Positions 1 through 13,177 are shown, numbered from the stretch's first letter. The stretch: DNA of 64,000 bases from Squalus acanthias (GCA_030390025.1 CM059432.1:151716001-151780000); one strand, 5' to 3'. Numbers and translations are program-made. Notes: generated by a model from the sequence alone, not told the origin.

Positions 1-238
1 CCACTTGTCATATCCCACCAATCAAATTACATTCCCTTTATCCCTAATCTCTGTTTCCTATCCATTTACCAGTTACCAATCCATGTCACAAGGTTACTTC
101 CAATTCCTTCTGCTTTTATTTTTGCTGCTAATCTCTTGTGTGGAATCTTCTCATGGCTTCTGGAAGTCCCTATCCACCATGTTAGTGACAGCCTCAAAAA
201 ATTTAACTAGTCAGACGTGACCTACCCATCACAAATCC
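1..238 (-). mobile_element. Degraded CR1 LINE fragment (RT region)
   Basis: Reverse complement resembles the CR1 'GF..GRSCLTNLIEFFE.V' coding stretch seen in other copies in this window. Confidence 0.55.
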
Positions 239-2030
239 AAAAGCAAAATACTGCGGATGCTGGAAATCTGAAATAGGAACAGAAAATGCTGGAAATACTC
301 AGCAGGTCAGGCAGCATCTGCAGAGAGAGAAACAGAGTTAATGTTTCAGGTCGATGAAGCTTCGTCAGAACTGGTAAAAGTTAGAGATGTAACAGATTTT
401 TAAGCAAGTATAGGGACAGGGAAAGGGAGGAGGGGAGGAAAGAACAAAAGGGATGGTCTGTGATAGGCTGGAAGGCAGGAGAGATTAAAAGACAATAGGG
501 ATGATGGTGCAAGGCAAAAGGAGATGGTAATGGGACAAGTTAAGAAACAAAAGATGACTCTAGATGAGGTGTAAATGGCAATGGCAGAATCATCAACAGC
601 TGCATGTGAGAGGAAAAAAAAGAAGTAAAATAATGAAAGAAAAATAGGGGCCGAGGTTATAGTCTGAAATTGTTGAACACCACCACCTCCAAGTTCCCCT
701 CCCAAGTCACACACCATCCTGACTTGGAAATATATCGCCGATCCTTCATCGTCGCTGGGTCAAAATCCTGGAACTCCGTACCTAACAGCACTGTGGGAGT
801 ACCTTCACCACATGGACTGCAGCAGTTCAAGAAGGTGGTACACCACCACCTTCTCAAGGGCAAATAGGGATGGGCAATAAATGTTGGCTTTGCCAGCGAC
901 GCCCACATCCCATGAACGAATAAAAAAATGTTTTTAATGTTGAGTCCAGAAGGCTGTAAAGTGCCTTATCGAAAGATGAGGTGCTATTCCTTGAGCCTAC
1001 GTTGAGCTTTGTTGTAACAGTGTAAGAGGCCAAGGACAGAGAGATCAGAGTGGGAGTGGAGTGGAGAATTAAAATGACAGGTGACCGGAAGATCGGGGTC
1101 ACGCTTACGGACTGAACGGTGGTGTTCCGCAAAGCGGTCACCCAATCTGCGTTTGGTCTCCCCAGTGTAGAGGAGATCGCATCGTGAGTAGCGAATACAG
1201 TATACTAAATTGAAAGTAGTACAAGTAAATTGCTGTTTCACCTAGAAGGAGTGTTTGGGGCCCTGGACAGTGGGGAAGGGAGGAGGTAAAAGGGCAGGTG
1301 TAGCATCTCCTGCGCTTGCACGGGAAGGTGCCAGGGGAAGGGGTGTTGGGGGTGATAGAGGAGTGGACCAGGGTGTCACGGAGGGAGCGGTCCCTTCGGA
1401 ATGCTGAAAGGGGAGGTGAGAGGAAGATGTGTTTGGTGGTGGGATCACGCTGGAGGTGGTGGAAATGGCGGAGGATGATCCGCTGAATGTGGAGGCTGGT
1501 GGGGTGAAAGGTGAGGACAAGGGGAACCCGATCGTGGTTCTGGGAGGGAGGGGAAAGGGTAAGAGCAGAAGTGCGTGAAATAGAACGGACGTGGTCGAGG
1601 GCCGTGTCAACCAAGGCAGAGGGAAATCCTCAGGAGGAAAAAGTAAGACATGCCGAAAACACTAGTATGGAAGGTGGCATCGTCAGAGCAGATGCGGCGG
1701 AGACGGAGAAACTGGGAGAATGGAATAGAGTCCTTACAGGAAGCTGGGGGAGTCACTGGGCTTATAGTGAATGTTTGTCAATAGCCTATCCTCAGAAATG
1801 GAGACAGAGAAGTCGAGGAAGGGAAGGGAAGAGTCGGAGATGGACCATGTGAAGGTGAGGGAAGGGTGGAAATTGGAAGCAAAGTGAATGAAATTTTCTA
1901 GTTCAGGGCGAGAGCAAGAAATGGCACCGATACAGTCATCAATGTACCGGAGAAAGAGGTGAGGGAGGGGACCTGAGTAGGACTGGAACAAAGAATGTTC
2001 CACGTTTCCCACGAAAATGTTCCACATATC
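239..2030 (-). mobile_element. 5'-truncated, frameshifted Penelope-like retroelement (Neptune-type): RT C-terminus, Cys-rich linker, GIY-YIG endonuclease, 3' pseudo-LTR
   Basis: Minus ORFs: LFLRYIDDCIG (RT, 1734-2027), FPCKRRRCYTC linker (1138-1614), NLVYCIRYSRCDLLYTGETKRRLGDRFAEH...CHFN..H (GIY-YIG, 984-1241); pLTR with hammerhead-like motif at 336-372. Confidence 0.88.
677..928 (+). mobile_element. 3' end of a CR1-superclade LINE (or its partner SINE) inserted in the Penelope element
   Basis: Close match to 40195-40440; ends in A-rich tail; Penelope sequence resumes afterwards. Confidence 0.75.
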
Positions 2031-4257
2031 TCTGCAACTTGTGGGAGGAACACTGAAGTGGATTTTTGTTGAATGTTGGTTAGAAAATGTTGCTGAGTTG
2101 CTACTTACAAAGTGGTCTTGGAAAAGAACTGAGCAAATTTTCTATTCATGGTGAAGAACTTTTGTTTCATTTATTATCATCAGGTGTATTTATGTTCCTT
2201 CAGCACTTAACATTTGTGATCTTTAATAGTGACAAGATCACTGTTGGCTTAATGTCTGACTGGGAGGCTATCTGCTTCTGAGTTTTCACTAATCAGAATA
2301 CTTAACAGTATTTTTCCATAAATTCTTTTTATCATTTATTCTTTATGCACTGCAGCAATGAAATTAGTATGCTAAAGGTGGAGTATTGATAAAAAATATT
2401 TCTTTGTAACCATTTTTTAACATCCTTTTGTTCATCCTCTTGTCAGCTGTAAATTAGATTTGTTTGAACATTAAGTGTTGGTGACATCATTGGAGATACT
2501 TAAGCTTGGAGATGAGCCATTATCAACTGTTTATTTATCTCTCTCTCAGCTCTGCAACCAATCCAAGGCGGAATCCTCTGTGCTGTCATTAACACTTACT
2601 CTTGAAATGCAGGATTTTAAAAATGGGCTGAAATGGATGCAAGAGTAGGAAAGAATATTGATAATATTTTGCAATTTAGTGTCTTTTTAAAAAAAAAAGG
2701 AATCCCGATGCCAAGACTCCTTTTCAGCTGGATGATTATATCTGTTTTGAAGGTTAAGCAGACGCTTCAAGGTGAAACGCATTCATTTTCCGGCCTTCCA
2801 CTGTGTTAATTGACTGTTGCAAGAAATTGGGTCAACATTTCTTCATGGTTGTTTGACCTTCAACATTTGATGTGAAGTATTCAATGACAACTACAAATAT
2901 TAGCCAGGCTGAACTGAAAAAATTCTGCTTTTTAATCACTGTGAAAATATGTAGTGATATTAGTTTCTTTTGTCCAATTTACTGTTTGTATTCAGCATCT
3001 TCTTGATGGTGGTTTAATAGGTTTGGTGTTACATTAGGAAGTACACTTGAATGAAATACATTTTCTGCATAATTCTTAATGTCTGGTGGAATTATTTTTT
3101 TCACGATCTGTACTTGTTCAGCTGGCCATCTGAAAACCACTAACATTGATTTCAAAACCTCATTTTTATTTGGCATTTATTTTCACTGGATATTCGACTT
3201 CAATGGTCATTGTTCTTAATCCTCTTGCCATACCATTTGGGAAAAAAAATCACTAGCAGATCTTGTGTGATATTTTTGTTAAGCACGGAAATACCTTGTG
3301 TTGCTCATGTGCCATCCGGAAACAAGAGCCATAGAAATTGAAACGGGGCCTTGCGAAGCAAATTGAATATTTTGGATTGTGAGCCGGAGTGACCAGCTGC
3401 TGAGCTGGCAATCCAATGAGTATGAAGGTTGCATATGTGCAGAGACCTGAAGGTTGCACATATGCCCCAGAAGGAGAAAGAACTTGCGTTTTCCTAATAT
3501 GAAACCAGTGCTTGCCTTCCAGACAGATACCCTGTATTCGGCAGAAATGTTAGGCTTAAATGCCTTAAGCCAGGAACATAAAGACCAGTTGATGAGGAAA
3601 GTTTGGGGAGGGGTGGGTACCCGAGAGTCTAAAAGTGGTTACAGACAAGGAAAGGAGACTGCTGCAGGACACAGTGTAGGGATTGATGATCTGAAAGGGG
3701 CCAACATCTGTTTGGTTGCCATTCTTCTGGGCCCCATATATCAAAGGGCAGACCCCAATACTGTCAGACTATACCTCCCTCTCTTTTCTCCAAAACCCTT
3801 TCCTCGGTCCTGCTGCACTCCAAGACCCACCCCTTCCTAAATTCCCAGACCCTGAGATCTCCTCTGAGTGTTCTGAGACCACGTTCCCAGTGTTCTCTGA
3901 TTTTAGAACTGCCACAATGCTCCTGAAAACTGAACCCTTCCTCCCAATGCCTCCAAGATCCTTCTACCACTGATTCCATAATCCAGGACCTCTCTCCTCA
4001 TTGTCTTTGCCATCATCCAAAATACAGCTAGACTGCAGGCCTCCTTCTCCATGCTTCAGGTCCCAGAGCTGCTCCTGATTATGGCAGCTCCTTGCTTACA
4101 TTTTCAGATGAACAGACTGTCCCATCGGCTCAGGGTCTGAGCTTTAATAGCTTGGACCACGTGGTATGAGAACTTGAGATTGATTTCATTTGCATCTTTG
4201 CTTTTCTGAATATTTTTGCAAGAACTTTTGCAAGAACTTAACACAACTGAAGATCTT

Positions 4258-4971
4258 GGTGCAGAAATTCCGATCCCTATGGGTGTGTACGCGCTGTGTA
4301 CTCACCCGTTGGGACATCGGAAATGCCGGTTTCAGGCATGCACTGCGCATGTGCTGAAACCGGCATTTCCGATCTGTCAAGAATGCTCTTGACAGATCCT
4401 CCGGCTGCCCTGGAGAAGGGCCTCTGCGGGCGGAGAGTTCCGCTTTTTGGAGACCCTCCGCCCGCAGAAAACACTTACAATTCTTGCGCCTGGTAAAAGC
4501 AGGATAAGAGTTGAAAAAATTAAAGAAAAAATGTTTTTTCCACTGATTTATCATTTAAAAATACTTTAAAGAAAAGTACGTTTATTTTTAGCCCATTAAA
4601 AACTTTATTTTTTTCAAAAATTTAAATTTTTGTTTAAAATAGTTAATTTATGTAATTTCAAGTCATTTTAAAAAGGTGATGTTTTTTAAAAAATGTATTT
4701 AAAGTTTTACTATGTTTTGGGGGTGACAGGTCTTCCTGTCAAATATATGAAGGGAGATTCCCTTCTGTGATTGGCTCCCCATGGCCCACGTGATCCCAGG
4801 GATGCTGCGAACTACCTGCGCCTCTGGGATACGTGGGCCCTGCGCACCGGCAGTTTGGAGAGGCCTAGCAGCGGAACTCTGCGCCTCCCGGGAGCCCTCC
4901 AGTCTTGGCGCAGATTTTTCCAGATCACAGCCCTCCGCCCGCGGGAGGCCTGTGATCGGAATATCTGGGCC
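4258..4971. mobile_element. MITE family A copy (probably PIF/Harbinger-derived)
   Basis: Imperfect TIRs GGTGCAGAAATTCCGATC / GATCGGAATATCTGGGCC, GC-rich arms, AT-rich core; homologous to 5666-6458 and 42145-42918. Confidence 0.75.
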
Positions 4972-5407
4972 TACTATAAGATTTTTATTCTGTATCTTCA
5001 TCAGAGTATGATGCAGTCCTAAAATTTCCAGCACTTTTTGTGCTGATGCCCTTTAAGTTATCTTTCAGAAATACATACATATCAGAGATGTAGCTGCTCT
5101 ATACATTGAGAAACTTTAAACAATAACTGGCAAAATTTCCAAGTGCAAACCTTCAGTTGTTGCATTTTTGGAGGCCTGAAAATATTGGGGGGTGTGGGGG
5201 GGTGGTGGGAATCCTGATTGAGCTGAGTAAAGCAAGCTGCAGGAAAGGAGCAAAATCGAGGCTAGTCTGCTGAGAAAGGATTGGCCTTATTCCAATTTTA
5301 AAAAAAACCTTATTGGTCAAATAGTTCCAAAAGACCATGGACAATTTTGTGAATAAAATATTTTTTCATTTGTTTACTATATTAGGAACCTTATTTTTTA
5401 ATTGTTA

Positions 5408-6625
5408 GTCTTGGCTCAGTGGTAGCACTTTTGCCTCTCAGTCAGAAGGTCCTGGGTTAAATCCCCCCTCCAGAGACTTGAGCTCATAATCTAGGCTGAC
5501 ACTTCAGTGCTGCACTGTTGGAGCAGCTGTCTTTTGGATGAGATGATAAACCGAGGTCCTGTCTAGTGGTGTAAAAGATTCCATGGCATTATTTAAAGAA
5601 GAGCAGGGGAGTTATCCCAGTGTCCTGGCAATTTTTTATCCCTCAACCAACAACACTAAAACATTGGGCCTAAATTTCCGATCGGAGGCTTCGTGTGGGT
5701 GGAAAAAATCTACGAACTTACCTGCTGGCTCCGTAGGTCCCGAGACTTCCGATCCTAGGCCTCTCCACTACGAAATGTGCAGAGGCCCAGGTATCCCAGG
5801 GGCGCAGGCGGTTCGCAAGCGCCCCTGGGATCACGTGGGCCATGGGGAGCCAATCAAAGCAGGGAATCCCCCTTCACACTTCTGACAGGTCTCTACGCAC
5901 AGAACTGTCAAAAGTATGAATGGGGATCACTTAAAAAAAAACAGTTAAACATAAAATAATTTTCTTTTAAATCATGTTTAAAATGAATTAAAATGACATT
6001 AAATTAAATATTTTAAACAAAAAATTAAATATTTTAAACAAAAAGTTAAATATTAAACAAAAAAAGTAATTAAAAAAAATAATAATGAAAGTTTTTTACG
6101 GGGCTAAAAATAAACTTAGCTTTTTAAAAAGTATTTTTAAATTATAAATCAGTGAAAAAAAATTATTTTTTTAATTTTTAAAACTCTTGTGCTGTTAAAA
6201 GCAGGCCTTGCGCTGCTTTTACCAGGCCTAAGATTTTTAAAGGTTTTCAGCAGGCGGAAGTTGTGCAGAAAGCGGAACTCTCTGCCCACGGAGGCCCTTC
6301 TCCCGGGCAGGCGGAGGATCTGTCAAGAGGAATTTTGACGGATCGCAAGTGCTGGGTTTTAGCGCATGCACTTCGCATGCCTAAACCCGGCACTTGCTTA
6401 GTCCCTATGGGTGCGTACACACCTTGTACGCACCCGTTGGGGTTGGAAAATCCGGCCCATTATCTGGTAATTTATCACATTGCTGTTTGTGGGACCTTGT
6501 GCGCAAATGGGTGGCCATATTTCCCTACATTACAACAGTAGCTGCACTTAAAGCACTTAATTAGCTGTAAAGCACTTTGGGCTGTCATAAGTTTGTGAAA
6601 GGCTCTAAATAAATGCAAGTTATTT
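5408..6625 (+). mobile_element. tRNA-derived DeuSINE-like element, interrupted by a MITE
   Basis: A-box TGGCTCAGTGG, Deu-like core TAAACCGAGGTCCTG...CCATGGCA...GTGTCCTGGCAA, L2-like tail AAATGCAAGT; homologous to 10746-11220 and 57417-57858. Confidence 0.8.
5666..6458. mobile_element. MITE family A copy, inverted relative to 4258-4971
   Basis: TIRs GGGCCTAAATTTCCGA / TTGGAAAATCCGGCCC; ATT on both flanks; splits a SINE. Confidence 0.8.
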
Positions 6626-7348
6626 CTTCTTTACTGTATCCTTGGGTTGCTATAAAGAAAAATCGCACTTGAATGCATATTTAAAAAATATTTTGAGTTT
6701 TTCGTTGGATCCCCGCTTACCTTGCTAATTTTTGTAGCTGTTTTAACAATTGTGATATTCTTCATTGGTAGTTTTCTTAACCTGCTTAGTGTTAGTTCAT
6801 TGATCAGTTTCCCATTTGTTCAGTAGTGTTAGCGTTGTTTCCTTATGTTTGTTATTTTTATGAATTGATAAATAATCCAATGGAAAATACTGCCTGATCC
6901 AAGGCCAGTGGTCATATGTCCAGATATATTTTATTGGTTCAGTGTCTCAGATCACTCCCCTGGACAATCCCTTGCTCTCCATGAACCCAAGGTGCCTTTA
7001 CCTCCCCAATATAAGTTGTCATTTGTAGTGAGCCTAAGGACTGAGCAGAAAACCGTTATCACTATATTTTGGCTTACTGTTTCAGTCCATTCTTCCTCTA
7101 TTTCAGAAGGCTGTAGATGAGACACTCCACTTGCCTATGGCTTAGCCTATAAACTGCCAAACCAGTTTATTAAATATTAAACGGATGTGAACAGTTGCAA
7201 TGACGCACTGTAGATTTACAGTAGTTCCAGGCTAAGCTATTCTTCCTCAGGAGATGGAAAGTAACAGTCACATCTGGTGCTAAGCTTCAAAGCAAACTGC
7301 ATTTGACACAAGGTCACTGAACAACAACAGGTTTGCTACCAACCATAA

Positions 7349-7760
7349 ATGTAAGATAGTCAATCATAAATCCAATAGGGAATTCAGGAGAATCTTCTTT
7401 ACTCGGAGAGTGGTTAGAATGTGGAACTTGTTACCACAAGGGATAGTTGAGGCGACTGGCGTAGATGCATTTAAGGGGAAGCTAGATAAACAGATGAAGA
7501 AGGAAGGAAGGATTAGAAAGATATGTTGATAGGGTTAGATGAAGAAGGGTGGGAGGAGGCTCGTGTGGAGCATAAACACTGGCATGGACCTGTTGAGCCG
7601 AATGGCCTGTTTCAAGGTCATCAACCTGAACCGTTAATTCTGTTTCTCTCTCCACAGATGCTGCCTGACCTGCTGAGGATTTCCAGCATTTTCTGTTTTT
7701 ATTTCAGATTTCCCGCATCCGCAGTATTTTGTATTTCTGTGCTGTACATATTATGTAACC
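7349..7760 (+). mobile_element. CR1 3' end fragment with a Penelope pLTR fragment (7614-7733) inserted in its tail
   Basis: FFTRRVVRMWN-like coding remnant and CCGAATGGCCTGTTTC tail; TTTC repeated either side of the pLTR piece. Confidence 0.7.
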
Positions 7761-7915
7761 TTTCATGCAGTCTCGCTAGTCAATGACTTCAGACGGATCG
7801 TCAATTGGAACAAGACAGGCTAAGATATATTTTCAGAATTTGACTGGGATAAAGGAAGTTTAAATGTGTATTTCTTCAATTTAAGTAGATCTGGTAACCA
7901 AATATATATTCAAAC

Positions 7916-8665
7916 AAAACAACAACAACTTGTATCTACATAGCGCCTTTAATGCAGTAAAATGTCCCAAGGCGCTTCACAGGAGCGTTATCAAACAAAA
8001 TTTGGCACTGATCACATAAGCGACGTTGTGACACGTGACGAAAAGCTTGGTCAAAAAGGTAGGTTTTAAGGAGGGCCTTTAAGGAGGAGAGGGAGGTAGA
8101 GAGGCAGAGAGGTTTAGGGAGGGAATTCCAGAGCTTAGGGCCTAGGCAGCTGAAGACACGGCCACCAATGGTGGGAGTGATGAAAATCGGGGATGCGCAA
8201 GAGTTCAGAATTGGAGCAGTGCAGTGATCTCTTGGGGTTGGAGGAGGTTACAGAGATAGGGAGCGGTGAGGCCATGGAGGGATTTGAAAACAAGGATGAG
8301 AAGTTTTAAATCGAGGCTTTGCCAGATCGAGAGCCAATGTAGGACAGCAAGCACAGAAGTTATGGGTGAACAGAATTGGTGCGAGTTAATATACGGGCAG
8401 CCGAGTTTTGGATGAGCTCAAGTTTACGGAGGGTGCAAGGCGGGAGGCCGACCAGTAGAGCATTGAAATAGTTGAGTCTCGAGTTAACAAAGGCATGGAT
8501 GAGGGTTACAGCAGCAGATGAGCTGAGGCAGGGGTGGAGATTGGCGATGTGATGGAGATGGAAGTAAGCAGTCTTATTGACGGAGAGGATATACATTTCG
8601 GGGTCAAATAGGACGCAAAGATTAAGAAGGGTCTGGTTCAGCCTCAGATGGTGGCCAGGGAGTGT
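7916..8665 (-). mobile_element. L2 LINE 3' fragment
   Basis: ORF 8360-8704 TAYFHLHHIA...LIHAFVNSRLNYFNALLVGLP...LELIQNSAARILT; (AAC)n tail at ~7916-7929. Confidence 0.85.
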
Positions 8666-8949
8666 TAATAGAGTCAGTGGCTGGGTGCAACCCACAAAGT
8701 CCATGTAATAGTCTGTTGTTGATGCAAGATCCCTGTTAATGCATTCATAATGCTAAGTTTCGGCTGGCTGGGAGGCAGAAGAAGCCAGACATTGGGAACA
8801 GTGTTTGTGGCAAGGACCGAAAACAATGGCTTCGATCTTCCCAATACAATGAAAGCTGTAAATTTGGGACACCTATGGGACTTGCATCAGGTGTCTTTAT
8901 TTTGCAGGTGTTCTTATTTTGAAAATGGTCATTGTATGTTCTGTATGTA

Positions 8950-10275
8950 CAGTACAGTAGGTTCAGGCAGGTTGTACAAAGATGGTCATCAGTTGCTCAG
9001 ATAGGCTTGTACATATGGTACTTAGCTGATTGATGAATTTTACCCGGTAAATACAATATTGTACTAATACATTCATGGAAACAAATCTCTTTTTAAAAAA
9101 AATGGTATTTTAATTTTCATACAAATAAAACACATACTGTAGATTATTCAATAGTCACTTAAGTAGGTAGTCAGTAATTGATACCTGCACAGTATGGGCC
9201 TTTGACTCCACGTAGCAGTCGGTTGCGTCAGATTCAGACACGCTAATGCAGGAAAACAATGAGTTGTAGCCCCAGTGGGAGGCAAATAACTGGATTTTGG
9301 ATGTCATTGAAATTACTTTTTGAAATGTGAGTATTTCCACAGGTGTGGGGTCGGGTGCTTGCTGCTCTTTTGTGTCATCACTGACGTCATTGTTACAGGC
9401 TGTGGCACTTGGGTGAGCATAGGGTGATGAAAACTTGCTCCCAGGACTTGGTCAGGGATTCCTCATTTGGAATTTCATTGTCAAAGGAGCCAAAGTCCTT
9501 TGCTGACATGGGGAAGCTGTTGGATGGAAAGAACACCAGCTTGATGTTGGAAAGATGGTGAGAGGGGGCATTATCCACAAACAGAATGACCATGCGTTTT
9601 CGGCTGAACATTTGACTGTTGAAGTCCTTAACCCAGGAAGTGAAGATCGCACTGGTCATCCAGGCTGCCTTGTTATGCTCACAGATGACTGGAAGGGTGA
9701 ATTAGTCCAGGTTACGAAAACCCCTGGGCTTAACAGCACGGCCGATGATCAGTGACATGGTGAATTCCCACACATCATTGCAGCAAAGGGCGGCTGTGAT
9801 GTAGTCCTTCGACTTTTTGTCGTTGTCACATTGCTCACGGGAGATGGTGAGAGTCTTGTCGGGCAAGGCCTGGAGAAATATGTTGGTCTTGTCCACATTG
9901 TAGATGTCTCTTGGTTAATATGACTCGACCGCGGACGCAAGATGCTGCTTGCAGTCATGGAAAACATTGGGGTCGACGCTGGCATTCTCGCCCAAGATGA
10001 TTTGGAATGAGATGGAGTGATGGCTGCAGAATTACTCCAGCCACCCATTGGTAGTCTTGAACGTGGTGATAGCTAGGGGATTTTGGAGGGCTCTTTGTTG
10101 AAGGAGTGCAACGGAGATGGGGATGGATTGTGACCGAGCATGCTGGAACCACTCCCACAGCAAGGTATTCAATGTGGACAGGTCAGATTTGTAGCAGGGC
10201 TGCTTTCTAGCAGTAGAGTAGTAGGGTTCATATGCATCAAGAAGCTCATGTTTACACTTAATGATTTGCAAAATT
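8950..10275 (-). mobile_element. Tigger/pogo (Tc1-mariner superfamily) transposase relic
   Basis: Broken minus ORFs: LWEWFQHARSQSIPISVALLQQRAL..GWLE (CENP-B-type HTH), DKTNIFLQALPDKTL..KKSKDYITAALCCN, MTSAIFTSWVKDFN..VILFVDNAPSH (DDE domain). Confidence 0.8.
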
Positions 10276-13177
10276 TGCAGTAATAGTGTGGAGGACGAAT
10301 TCATGGAATTTATGCAAGATAGTTTTCCAGATCAGTATGTTGAGGAACCAACTAGGGAACAGGCTATTTTAGATCTAGTATTATGCAATGAGAAAGGGTT
10401 AATTAATAACCTTGTAGTAAAGGGGCCTTTAGTGAAGAGTGACCATAATATGATAGAATTTTATATTGAGTTTGAAAGTGATTTCGTTAAATCCGAAACT
10501 AGGGTCTTAAATCTAAACAAAGCAAACTATGTAGGTATGAGGGGCAAGTTGGCTAAGGTAGATTGGGAAACTACATTAAAAGGTATGACGGTAGAGAAGC
10601 AATGGCTAGCATTTAAAGAATTGATACATTTACAACAAATATACATTCCTTTAAGGCAAAAAACCCCACGGGAAAAGTGGTCCAACCGTGGCTAACAAGA
10701 GAAGTTAAAGATAGTATTAGATCAAAAGAACAGGCTTATAATGTTAAAGAAAGAAAGACTTGCATTTATATAGTGTCTTTCAGGACCATCGGATGTCTCA
10801 AAGCACTTTACAGCCAATGAAGTACTTTTGAAGTGGAGTCACTTCAATGTAATGTGGGAAACGCGGCAGCCAATTTGCGCACAGCAAGGTCCCACAAACA
10901 GCAATGTGATAATGACTAGATAATCTGTTTTTGTTATGTTGGTTGAGGGATAAATATTGGCCCGGACACTGGGGATAACTCCCCTGCTCCTCTTCGAAAT
11001 AGTGCCATGGGATCTTTTACGTCTACCTGAGAGAGCAGACGGGGCCTCGGTTAACGTCTCATCCGGAAGACGGCACCTCCAACAGTGCAGCACTCTCTCA
11101 GCACTGCACTGTCGAGTGTCAGCCGAGCTTTTTATGTGCTCAAGTCCCTGGAGTGGGACTTGAACCCAGAACCTTCTGACTCAGAGGCGAGTGTGCTACC
11201 AACTGAGCCACAGCTGACACATGTTGCCAAAAAGAGCAGTAAGCCTGAGGATTGGGAGGATTTTAGAATTCAGCAAAGGAGGACCAAGAAATTGATAAAG
11301 AAAGGGAAATAGAATATGAGAGTAAACTAGCTTGAGACATAAAAACAGACTGTAAAAACTTCTATAGGTATGTAAAAAGGAAAAGATTAGCGAAAGTAAA
11401 TGTGGGTCCCTTACAGGCTGAGACAGGAGAAATTATAATGGGGAATAAGGAAATGGCAGAAAAATTAAACAAATACTTTGTGTCTGTCTTCACGGAAGAA
11501 GACGCGAAAAACCTCCCGGAAATAGTGGAGAACGAAGGCTCTGGTGAGAATGAGGAACTGAAAGAAATTAGTATTCGTAAAAAAAAAAATAGTACTGCAG
11601 TAAATTAATGGGACTGAAAGTCGACAAATCCCCTGGACTTGATGGCCTACATCTTAGGGTTTTGAAAGAGGTGGCTCGAGATAGTGGATGCATTGGTTGT
11701 CCTTTTCCAAAATTCCATAGATTCTAGAACAGTTCCTGCGGATTGGAAGGTGGCAAATGTAACCCCACTATTTAAGAAAGGAGGGAGAGAGAAAACGGGG
11801 AACTACAGACCAGTTAGCCTGACGTCAGTAGTAGGGAAAATGCTAGAATCTATTATTAAGGACGTGGTAACAGGGCACTTAGAAAATAATAATAGGATTG
11901 GGCAGAGTCAACATGGATTTATGAAAGGGAAATCGTGTTTGACGAATCTGTTAGAGTTTTTGAGGTTGTAACTAGCAGAATAGATCAGGGGGAACCAGTG
12001 GATGTGGTGTATTTGGATTTTCAGAAGGCATTCAATAAGGTGCCGCACAAGAGGTTATTAAACAAAATTAGGGCTCATGGGATTGGGGGTAATATACTAG
12101 CATGGATTGAGGATTGGTTAATGGACAGAAAACAGAGTAGGAATAAAAGGGTCATTTTTGGGTTGGCAGGCTGTAACTAGTGGGGTACCGCAAGGATCAG
12201 TGCTTGGGCCTCAGCTATTCACAATCTACATCAATGATTTGGATGAGGGGATCAAATGTAATATATCCAAGTTTGTCAATGATACAAAGCTGGGTGGGAA
12301 TGTAAGTTGTGAGGAGGATGCAAGGAGGTTTCAAGGGGATATAGACCGGCTAAGTGAGTGGGCAAGAACATGGCAAATTGAATATAATGTGGAGAAATGT
12401 GAAGTTATAGAAAAAATAGAAAAGCAGAATATTTTTTAAATGGTGAGAGATTGGGAAATGTAGGTATTCAAATGGACCTGGGGTATCCTTGTACATAAAT
12501 CACAGAAAGTTAACATGCAGGTACAATAACAATTAGGAAAGCAAATTGTATGTTATCCTTTATTGCAAAAGGATTTGAGTACAAGAGTAAAGAAATCTTA
12601 ATGCAATTATATATGGCCCTGGGGAGACTACACATGGAGTACTCTGTACAGTTTTGGACTCTTTACCTAAGGAAGGATATACCTGCCTTAGAGAGAGTGC
12701 AACCAAGGTTCACCAGACTGATTCCTGGGATGGGGGGATTGTCCTATGAGAAGAGATTGAGTAGACTAGGCCTATATTCTCTAAAGTTTAGAAGAATGAG
12801 AGGTGATCTCATTGAAACAGGCAAAATTCTTAAGTGGCTTGACAGGGTAGATGCTGGGAGGCTAGGTGTCCCCTAGGTGTCACAGTTTCAGAATAAGGGG
12901 TTAGCCATTTAGGACCGAGATGAGGAGAAATATCTTAACTCAAAGAGTTGTAAATCTTTGGAATACTCTACCCCAGATGCTGTGGATGCTCATTCGTCGA
13001 GTATATTCAAGGCAGAGATCGATTGATTTTTGTATACTAAGGGAATCAAGGGATATGGGGCTAGTGCGGGAAGGTGAAGTTGAGGTAGATGATCAACCAT
13101 AATCTTATTGAATGGCGGAGCAGGCTCGAAGGGCCAAATGGCCTACTCCTGCTCCTATATCTTATGTTCTTATGTTC
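10276..13177 (+). mobile_element. 5'-truncated CR1 LINE (APE C-terminus, RT, 3' tail), interrupted by a SINE
   Basis: ORF pieces EPTREQAILDLVL, NYRPVSLTSVVGK, GVPQGSVLGP, VRPHLEY-like; tail CCTACTCCTGCTCC + (TTCTTATG)n. Confidence 0.92.
10746..11220 (-). mobile_element. Full-length tRNA-derived DeuSINE-like element
   Basis: A/B boxes on minus strand (TGGCTCAGTTGG, GGTTCAAGTCC), (CTTT)n tail, TSD ATGTT at 10741-10745 and 11221-11225. Confidence 0.88.

Noticed and set aside
5408..5480. tRNA genes at SINE heads (also 11150-11220, 20900-20986, 57417-57490)
   Set aside because: A/B boxes run straight into SINE bodies; no convincing cloverleaf
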